DNA of 62,521 bases, filler included, from Pirum gemmata (taxonomy: Eukaryota): NCBI GenBank assembly GCA_002812295.1. It is 13 parts of 13 records of this genome, joined end to end, with 100 filler letters (N's around TTAATTAATTAA, not from the genome) between each part and the next. Parts side by side here need not be neighbours in the genome. Positions count along the whole stretch, not along the records: positions 53,027 to 57,717 come from PDIN01000943.1; positions 57,818 to 62,521 come from PDIN01000944.1; 11 more parts are not named here. One strand, written 5' to 3'. The position numbers were made by a program, and so were the translations under genes. Shown here piece by piece: positions 53,420 to 62,521 of this stretch. The notes under the pieces are model-generated. The model had not been told where the DNA came from. It saw only the letters and a program-made list of their open reading frames with translations, and did not search any database. The first letter of the stretch is position 1. The number at the start of each line of letters is the position of its first letter.

Positions 53420-54512
53420 ATTAGTAATACATTTAACAATTCTAATAGTAATACATTGAACAATTGTTACTGTGTGATATAATTTTTTTATTTAAAGTTA
53501 TATTGGCTGATTTACGCTTAGTTTGGTTGGTAATACATTAAGCGATAATGCATAAAATACATGCATCAGTTAACGTTTGATTAGTAATACATTCATCAAA
53601 ATTATTACTGTATTGCTTTAAATTTGCACTAGTTTTAATTACACAATATTGGTCGACTTTTGTTTAGAATATTAGTAATATAGTCATCAAAATTATTACT
53701 GTATTACATCAAGCTTTAAATTTGCCATTAAACACAATAATATTAATGGTTGACATTCACTCAGGATATTTACGCTTTTAATTTGATTAGTAATACATTC
53801 ATCAAAATTATTACTGTCTTTCTTTAAATTTACACTGGTTTTAATTAAAATATTGGCGGACATTCGCTCAGGATATTTACGCTCAGTTTGATTAGTAATA
53901 CATTCATCAAAATTATTACTGTATTACACCAAGCTTTATATTAAATTTTGTAATTAAATACAATAATGGGTTACATTCACTCAGGGTATTTACGCTTAAT
54001 TTGATTAATAATACATTCATCAAAATTATTACTATTGTATTTCTTAAAATTTACACTGGTTTTAATTAAAATATTGGCCGACATTCGCTCAGGATATTTA
54101 CGCTCAGTTTGATTAGTAACACATTCATCAAAATTATTACTGTATTAATATTACATCAAGCTTTATATTTGTAATTAAATACAATAATGGGTTACATTCA
54201 CTCAGTGTATTTACGCTTAATTTGATTAATAATAGTAGTACATTCATCAAAATTTTACTAAATTAAATCAGGCTTTAAATTTTAACTGATTTTTTAAAAA
54301 TAAATAATATTGGCCAACATTCACTCAGAATATTTACTCTCAGTTTGATTAGTAATACACTCATCAAAATTATTACTGCATTTCTTTAAATTAAAATTCG
54401 ATCAGGATATTTATGCTCAGTTTGATTATAATTATTAATAGTAATACATTCATCAAAATTATATTACTTACTTTAAATTTACACTGGTTTTAATTGAAAT
54501 ATTGGCCGATAT
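53420..54512 (+). repeat. Satellite with alternating ~90-120-bp A/B monomers (dimeric higher-order repeat)
   Basis: TAATACATTCATCAAAATTATTACT recurs ~9 times, followed alternately by TTTAAATTTACACTGGTTTT... and ATTACATCAAGCTTTA.... Confidence 0.88.
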
Positions 54513-54799
54513 TTATGTTTTAATTAGTATATATATGTTCTATTAATCGACAACAAAAAGATATAAGTTTTGAAGATGGAATGTAAAGCTGAAACATAAC
54601 ATTTTCTTTTACGTATTAGTCAAATGTTTGGTTGTTCAAATAACACATACTGCTTCAAACTATGTCTTTACTGGTCTTCAAGTGATATTATACACCATTT
54701 TTAATGCACCCTAAAGTAAACCCCTTATATCAGTTCTCAGAGGAATGCTTTTAAAGAAAAGACAGATGCCCTAGGTCTGTTTTAAAAATGACCCAAATA

Positions 54800-55185
54800 T
54801 ATATATAGGGTTACTGCAATTATAATATAGATGCCAGAGTTATTTACACAAATACCAAGTGATGAAAAATTACAGCGGATGTTGCAATTTTATTTTTACA
54901 AAAATCATTGATCATATTGTCAAGTGTAACGTGTACTTGAGTACGTAAACGTTATATACTTAACGTTACGTCATTTTTTATATGTAACACTGGGTACCTG
55001 CTCACCGTGGAAGAATAAATGATAATGACCATACATTTTTATACAGAGATATATTAGATTAACTTTGGGAGGGCTCACCAATCATGGCGGACAAAGGGTT
55101 TGCCATCGATGATAGTGCGATTGTTAAAACGGGTATAAAAATATATCTTCCACCTTTTGCTAGAAAAAAAGAATAATTTATTAAT
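54800..55185 (+). mobile_element. Decayed DDE_Tnp_4 (ISL2EU / PIF-Harbinger) transposase; missed by the ORF track
   Basis: ELFTQIPSDEKLQRML...YKNH, then HRGRIND, then LWEGSPIMADKGFAIDD...GIKIYLPPFARKK (ADKGF and PPF hallmarks), with stops and frameshifts. Confidence 0.8.
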
Positions 55186-55784
55186 ATTAATACGTATAAT
55201 TTAGATAAAAAGAAAAAAACAAAAGGTGTTATAATACATCAATAAGAATAAATTATAATATAATACGAAATCTTACCAAGTATTGTGTTTTTCAAAAGTG
55301 TTGTCCCGTTCAAAAACTGAAATAAACGTACCAATTGCAAATTATCATTATGGTTAAACTATCAGACATGTTTCGATTAATTTGGTATTTTATACTTATG
55401 TTGTACGGTCCCAATTATACACTTCAACAGTATTATACCTCATTAAAGATTAAAGATTGAGATAACAACTATAATAAAATAGATGATAGTCTAGAGTCGG
55501 ACTCTAGCTAGACCTCGTCTATCGGGGTCTACAACTCTTGAAAGACTATTCACTTTCGAAAGACTTTACCGCACATACATTTGATAGAGAACTTTACATG
55601 TAGTAGACACACTCTTGATATAGTCTACATCTAGAATATTATATAATAATATTATAATATAATATTAAGTTATAAAATTATTATTATTATTATATTACTA
55701 TGATATTATATATAAATAAATACTCTTTTATAATATATTATTTATACCTTTTCATTATTAAATCAATCATACTTACATCAAACA

Positions 55785-57455
55785 ATCAATATCATTACAC
55801 TTATATCATTCCATTTCTATTTAACGTAAGTACAGTTATATATATATAGACACTTCTTTCGGAATAGTCAGCTGCAGATAATTGTGCGAAAACTAGTACT
55901 TTTGTATTCAGTACTACATTTGGCATATTGAGTATCATATGGTAGAATTAGCAACATTGTTTACATTATTATCAATATATATTGCTATATTATGTATTAT
56001 ATTTATAAGTAAGTATAATATTAATACACTTATTATTTATAACTTGCAATTGACTTTCCTGAACCAACACGTCAATCATTATTAATTCTGTAAACATCAT
56101 AATAAGGAATCGATCGATATCATTACACTTATATTATATCATTCCATTTCTATAATATAACGTAAGTACAGTTATATATATTATATATTGCTATATATAT
56201 TTATAAATAAGTATAATATATGTTAAAATATTAATACACTTATTATTTATAACTTGCAATTGCCACTTGTAAACCAACACATCAATCATTATTAATTCTG
56301 TATACATCATAATAAGGAATATTACCACTAATACTCACTAATCTTATATTTATAATGTATATTAATATTAATATTATTATATCATACAGTGCTACTTATA
56401 ATAATAAATGAACACAAGCTCGCTGTACCCATATACAAATTATTTGATCATGTTCGGTCTCCAAAGTCGAACTATCTCACTACTACACAAAATTTATTTT
56501 GATTTCTATAATATTATGATACTAGCTAGTAGAGCTAGGACTCTAGTAGTAGCTCTAGCAGCTCTCTAGTAGTAGTCTCAAGTAGTAGCACAAAAACTCT
56601 TCTATTATTATCGTGCTTATACAATAAAGATTACCAGATTAATGCAATATAAATCATATTTAATTTGATGTGTTTCATAATCTAATTATTAATTTAAAAA
56701 TATGAATTTAAAAATATTATAACCAACAAAATAAATATTCAGAGTGACAAGATAAATGAGAAGCACAATAACAAAAAAAAAACAATGAAGTATCATGGTT
56801 AAAAGTTAATTAACAGTACACTACGGGACACTCAAGGTCATCTTGCGGGTTTTTTCAGTCCATCTGTTTTCATTACAATTATAACAATGAAATAATCATC
56901 ACGGAAATTCAAGTGTTTCTATAAAATTTAAAGGGTCTCTATAAATGGTGGTTTATCACGTAAAACAGAAAAATCATGATACATTTTAACCCATAACCTT
57001 ACACAATATTTTATTATTTATTATATTATCAATTATATACATTTAATTAAAGAATGGGTATACGTATTATATATATAATATGACATTGTAAATATATAAG
57101 GAAAAATGCCATTATTATTCTCGTAAATAATCACAAAAATGATCAGTAATATTCTTATTCCCGAATTGAAATCTATAAGGAAAAATTCCATTGTTGTTCT
57201 CAATAATGAGTGATAATCTTATTCCCGAATTTAAATCTACCGTCTTTGTTATCTAACAATTTTAACTATCATGATTAAAAGTTAATTAACGGGATGCCCA
57301 AGGTCATCTTGGGGTTTTTCAGTTCACCTGTTTTCATTACAATCATAACAATGAAATAATCATCACGGAAATCCAAGTGTTTCTATAAAATTTAAAGGAC
57401 TTATTAATATGTAAATGGTGGTTTATCACGTAAAACAGAAAAATCATGATACATA
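55785..57455 (+). repeat. Local direct duplications (~55785-56110 / 56116-56320 and ~56790-56983 / 57267-57453)
   Basis: ATATCATTACACTTATAT...ACATCATAATAAGGAAT occurs twice, and CAAGGTCATCTTG...CAGAAAAATCATGATACAT occurs twice. Confidence 0.85.
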
Positions 57456-57817
57456 ATACATAAACACATCTAGCTAGTAGAATACATTATTTATACTTCA
57501 TATTACATTTTATAAACAACTTCAATTATACACTGGCTAGACTACCCCAGTACGGGAGCGTACAAATACTACGTAACGCCAATTTCCGGTCAAATACAGC
57601 TTCAAATACCCCTACCTACCTACCCCTAAACGTTGATTTCTGGTCAAACACCACCTACCTACCTACCCCTTGACGTGACGTATTACCCTAACCCTAACCC
57701 CTAACCCTAACCCTAACNNNNNNNNNNNNNNNNNNNNNNNNNNNNNNNNNNNNNNNNNNNNTTAATTAATTAANNNNNNNNNNNNNNNNNNNNNNNNNNN
57801 NNNNNNNNNNNNNNNNN

Positions 57818-58386
57818 CCGACATCATTATTATAGCCGACATCATTATTATAGCCGACATCATTATTATAGCCGACATCATTATTGTAGCCGACATCATT
57901 ATTGTAGCCGACATCAAGGTAGTTGACATCATTGTAACCATTACGGTTAAAATTATAAAATTTATTTACGGATTGGTTCATTGACCAAGATTTTGAATTT
58001 AAAGTCTTATTGATATCGGTAGAATCTAACTCTGATTCTTTAATAATTGCTTCCCCCATTAATACTTGACTAGGTATAGTAAAAAGTGGAAACTCAATTG
58101 AAGAATCTGAAGGAGAGGGTGTTCTAGGAGGAGTTGGTATACATTTGGCTTTTTTATTGTACTTTCCTCCAGATGAATTTGTAACAAAAACACTTGACTT
58201 TCCATATTTATGATTACTCATCATTGATGCCATATCTAAGCTTTGCGATCTCAATGATTTTTTCTTGGATTGGATAGGAGACTTTTCCAAATTTTTGGTT
58301 TCCGAGTTCGAATTACCTGTATTGTTTTTACAGAAATTTGAAATCATGCTTCCAAATGAGTAATCAAGTGTTTTTATGTGTTTCAT
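57818..58386 (-). CDS. Hypothetical protein, 3' truncated, ending in 18-bp (DVGYNN)n repeats
   Basis: Intronless ORF, Ser/Pro-rich (PTPPRTPSPS), running into the spacer. Confidence 0.7.
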
Positions 58387-58450
58387 ATTCTATATACACT
58401 TTTTATTTATTATATAAATAATATTTAAGTGTAACATTTTTTTTTTTTAA

Positions 58451-58483
<33 letters not shown>

Positions 58484-58486
<3 letters not shown>

Positions 58487-59878
58487 ATTTTTGATGAAGA
58501 TTTTACCACTTTTGAATTAGGGTCGTGTGTTATGTTTGTAATAGATACTTGTATAGAAAATAAACATGACAATTTCTATCAATTTCAAGTACTTGATTTT
58601 TTTTATAATAGCATCAACAGTTTAGACAAGTATGTGTTTAGAAAAAAGATAAGCGATAAAGAAGTGTTAGAATGCCTTATAAAGTATGATTTTGATCAGT
58701 TTTTATATAATTTTTTTTTCAACTGGTTAACCAATCCTGACCTGGACGCCCTATCCAATATGTACGTTAAATTATTGTTGTACTTTTTGAGCATTGATGT
58801 ACACCGAATTTCCGATGAATACAAGGAACAACTGCGGATAATATGTTTAACTTTGATTAATCAAAAGGGGATTCACTATGGCTTAGTATTAGTTATAGAT
58901 ATATTATTAGAAGCAGATCTTCAGTTTTCCCAGGATTTATTTTCTAGTTCCTATTTCACCAATTTAATTAATTTTACTACCATACAATTATGGCATTGTC
59001 ATGAGGTATGTACTGTAGAAATGAAGCATCTTCACCATCGACGGGACTTACAAACGTATCAACAAGTAATACAAGATAGTGGAGAAATTTGGTACCGCAA
59101 AATAACTGATAACCAAGGAATTTCTTTTATAAGTTTAGTATTGAACCAAATTGCCACTTATGCACAAGCCTTAACTAGTCGACGAGTTATGTTTCCTTTT
59201 AAGTCATTTTTATTCAATTGTCTACAGAGTTCTAATGTCAATATTCGAATTCGGTCGTTAAGTATTTGTTTTCAATTATTAGAAAGTAGTTTTGCAGAGG
59301 AAATATTTTTACGCAAGAACGTATTTCCACTACATCTATTACTTAAGATTATTGAACAAACTACCAACACTCATGAACTTTGTATAGCTACTATGATATT
59401 TGAATTTTTGATATTTTTTCTTTGGGAAGTAAGGGATGACTTGCAACAACAAAGCAATACTAAATCAAACCAAATTAATCAAAACTTGGCACAACCTATT
59501 GTAGTTGATGATATTATTATGGAATTATTACCCAAGCTAACTAAGGAGACAATTAATTTTTCTTTTTATCAACTTAATAGTATAGAAAATTTAGTACAAC
59601 TATTAATGGTCAAATTAATAGAAAAAATCCCAATTAGTACTAAACACGCATCTTGTTGTCGGGCAGTAGAAAGTCTCTTATTAACTGGTTTTGAATTATT
59701 TCCCAAAGAGACTTTGCAAGCCTTTTCCGAAGCTAACGGTAAACAGCTAATCAGGACCCATAAAAAATATTACACTAATATATATAAATTACCAGCCCTT
59801 TTTCATAACTCGCTACAAGATTTATGTTTGAACGTTCTTAATGACTGGGACGACTTTGATTTTATTTTTTTTCAATAA
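58484..59878 (+). CDS. Hypothetical 464-aa protein, probably alpha-helical (ARM/HEAT-like)
   Basis: Long intronless ORF with Leu/Ile/Phe-rich amphipathic helices, e.g. FLFNCLQSSNVNIRIRSLSICFQLL. The fold assignment is inference. Confidence 0.75.
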
Positions 59879-59893
59879 TACGAGTCCGAGTTA

Positions 59894-60415
59894 TTAATCC
59901 GAGTCCGAGTCAGAGTCAGAGTCAGAGTCCGAGCCCGATGATCCCGATGATCCCGATGATCCCGATGATCCCGAATTAGAAAAAAATGAATTTTCAGACA
60001 ATTTTAGCATATCGGCATTATCCAAAATACTATTAATATTTCTATCCAAGTTAGTGCAATGAAGTTCTTTTTTAGCATAAGAAACCAATTTTTTTGCAAG
60101 ATCGTAGTTGAAAGTATTTAAGGCTATATTTAAATGGTTGGTCAGATTAGTACATGAAGAGTGACAAAAATTCACTTTATCGGAAGTAATACATTTGTAA
60201 TCTTGAATTGCACGATCACCAAACTTATCGTTTGCTGGTATGGTTAACATACAATTATTTTTACGAACAGAATAAAAAACACGTTTAATATTCATTTTTT
60301 TCAAGTAGTTATTTAGTTTTGGATCTTCCGAGTATTTTTTACTTACAACTTTTCGCAGCTTTTCTTGTAAGTTGGAACAAACTTCATTATTGTATTGTGT
60401 ATATTGTATATTCAT
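59894..60415 (-). CDS. Hypothetical 173-aa basic protein with (SGS)n(SD)n tail
   Basis: Intronless ORF whose stop is 15 bp from the convergent neighbour's stop. Confidence 0.72.
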   Translation of the reverse strand: MNIQYTQYNNEVCSNLQEKLRKVVSKKYSEDPKLNNYLKKMNIKRVFYSVRKNNCMLTIPANDKFGDRAIQDYKCITSDKVNFCHSSCTNLTNHLNIALNTFNYDLAKKLVSYAKKELHCTNLDRNINSILDNADMLKLSENSFFSNSGSSGSSGSSGSSGSDSDSDSDSDSD

Positions 60416-60430
60416 TTATTTTTTATTTTT

Positions 60431-60486
<56 letters not shown>

Positions 60487-60495
60487 AAAATAAAA

Positions 60496-61140
60496 ATGGC
60501 CAAACTAACCATTGATGACTTATTTTCTATTGAAGATCAAATGTATTTAGATTACTTATTAGACGATGACATTGAACATGGTGGAGAGTTAGTATTCAAT
60601 GGTTATAATAATAAACCATTTTATAGTATCAAACTTAATAAAATTGTAGTTGGTGATGATGACATGGGTATTAACTTGGATCCTACTGCGTATAATTTCC
60701 ATACCCATCCCAGGAAATTTTACCGTAACGAGAAGACGTATTCGGCATATTTTAGTGGCATTGATATAAAATATATTATTAGAAATTCCATGGACAAACT
60801 TAAACAACACTTGTTGGTAACCCACGAAGGAATATACATTCTACAATGTACCGATATATTTAAAAAAATTTATAAAAAAGTTTCTACAAGATGCCAAAAT
60901 GAAATAGTCAAAATGTTATTTAATCATTTTTATAATCTAGAAAAGAAACGTCGGTCACCAAGGAACATCATGGCCTTGAATTCCGAAACTAAGCCGATTT
61001 TTAATAAAGCTTTAGCTAGTATGCGTGACATAAATGTTAAGTCGTTACCAAAATGTTACAAAAACTATATCAATAGTGCCGAGAACATCAATGTTTTTGA
61101 ACTAACTTTTACCCCGGCCAAGTATATGAATTGTGCTTAA
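60496..61140 (+). CDS. JAB/MPN (JAMM)-like metalloprotein
   Basis: IEHGGEL...YNFHTHP-x12-SGID...HLLVTHEGIY fits E...HxH...SxxD, with a longer H-to-S spacer than canonical JAMM. Confidence 0.7.
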   Translation: MAKLTIDDLFSIEDQMYLDYLLDDDIEHGGELVFNGYNNKPFYSIKLNKIVVGDDDMGINLDPTAYNFHTHPRKFYRNEKTYSAYFSGIDIKYIIRNSMDKLKQHLLVTHEGIYILQCTDIFKKIYKKVSTRCQNEIVKMLFNHFYNLEKKRRSPRNIMALNSETKPIFNKALASMRDINVKSLPKCYKNYINSAENINVFELTFTPAKYMNCA

Positions 61141-61227
61141 TTTGGAACTAATTATTTTCTTTTTATAATAACTACCAAGACAAATAAATAATAACTACCA
61201 AGACAAATAAATAATAATAATAATAAT

Positions 61228-61257
<30 letters not shown>

Positions 61258-61258
<1 letters not shown>

Positions 61259-62520
61259 TATTCCGTACTAAAAAAATCACGTTGTTTACCTAAAAACATT
61301 GCTAATTGCAAATTTCTAATCATTTCTATATTTGTCAACAATTGATCTCTGACACTTAAATTTCTAGTCCCAAGCATAAAATTATAAAGTTTTTTGCCAA
61401 TCATCTGTGGATGATAATCTTTATCCGAGTTAACAATTAAAGTCAATGATAATAAAGTCGTCCAATAAACACAATTTCCTCTTAGATCTCCTTCAAAGTT
61501 TTTACGTCCACTAATAAAGGCTTGAGTTTCTTCACTAAGATTTCTTTTATTAACCACCATTTCAAATCTATTTTCCAGACTTTGAATTGAATATCCAGCA
61601 CAAGATTCATTGACTCCTTCGAACTTGTATGTTTCACCAGTAATATCTTTAATGAATTTTATAAGCAATTCTTTTATGTGGGTAACAAGGGTAACTTTCC
61701 ATATTTTTTCGCCTTGCTGGATCATATTACCACCATGTGGATCAAAAATGTTTATAATTTTTAAAGTTTTGTTTATTAGTATAGAAGTCATATGACCGTC
61801 ATTCTTAAATTGTAAACCTAAATCAAGAAGACCTAGTTTATTTTGACATTTAAATATTGATTTTAAAGCTTTATAAATATTTGTACAAACTTTATCATCA
61901 CACAGACATTCATTTTTTTCACAATTACCTTTTTTATGTTTCTTTTTTACTACTATAGTTCGACTTAAATGTTTTGGTTTAAAGCACATGTCAATACTAG
62001 TCTCGTTAGCCACTACAGTAAATATTAACGAAATTGCATGTGTTTTACTTATATAATCTGGTTTGATATAAGTCATTTCTTTTCTTTGTAATATATGGTC
62101 TTCAACTTCAAAATATGGAATTTTAATCCCGTTATAATTATAAAACTTTAATTCCCAATTCAAACCACCTCGCTCGTAAACGTCAACTAACCCCCAAAAT
62201 GTCTCGCCATCAATATGTTTCAAAAAATATTGTTTTTTTAAAAGATCTGCTATACTTACTAATTTAGCATTAAAAGGATCATAAAATTTAGATAAATGGT
62301 TCTTAGCTAAAAAATGCTTAACAATGCTTTGAATGGTCATCAAATCTTTGGTGTTGTCATAGGTTTTAATAATTTCTTTTGATACATATTTTCTTTTTGG
62401 TTTTTCAAACCCTAATAAACTATTATTACGATTACTTTTTGATAATATATTATTACGACTACGACTACGACTACGACTACGACTACGACTACGACTACGA
62501 CTACGATTATTATTATTATT
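61258..62520 (-). CDS. Ulp1/clan-CE-like cysteine protease candidate, 5' truncated, with poly-Asn and RS-repeat N-terminal region
   Basis: GHMTSILIN...INIFDPHGG...SIQ...GNCVYWT gives His-Asp-Gln-Cys order. The frame is open from 62343 to the window end (NNNNN-RSRSRS...-KPKRKY). Confidence 0.65.
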
Positions 62521-62521
62521 A

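Noticed and set aside
41214..54512. Regularly spaced repeats as CRISPR-like arrays or repeat-protein genes
   Set aside because: Sequences between conserved blocks are homologous to each other rather than unique spacers, no cas genes are present, and unit lengths do not keep a reading frame.

Overview
This is not one locus. It is 13 unrelated ~4.7-kb contigs joined by artificial 100-nt spacers (44 N + TTAATTAATTAA + 44 N), so no synteny can be read across spacers. The source is a very AT-rich eukaryote with GT-AG introns, the standard genetic code and TTAGGG repeats. The SAHH lacks the plant/apicomplexan-type insert, which fits an amoebozoan/opisthokont-type protist (inference). Recognisable host genes, all partial: S-adenosylhomocysteine hydrolase, a mitochondrial PDK/BCKDK-family kinase, a PX-domain last exon, an Asn-rich protein, a secreted protein, and a CCaMK-like kinase (kinase, CaM-binding helix, EF-hands) with an extra C-terminal PH domain. 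Most of the rest is repeat DNA: at least 7 short TIR element (MITE) families, decayed piggyBac and PIF/Harbinger-ISL2EU transposases, satellites, very frequent interstitial telomeric arrays and self-complementary GCTA/CTAG patches. Best leads: (1) the last contig is intronless, gene-dense and giant-virus-like, with adjacent JAB/MPN-like and Ulp1/clan-CE-like isopeptidase candidates; (2) the CCaMK-like-PH kinase; (3) a TPP-riboswitch-like RNA lacking the CUGAGA motif in a spliced 5' leader; (4) telomeric and palindromic DNA apparently inserted into pre-existing repeats.
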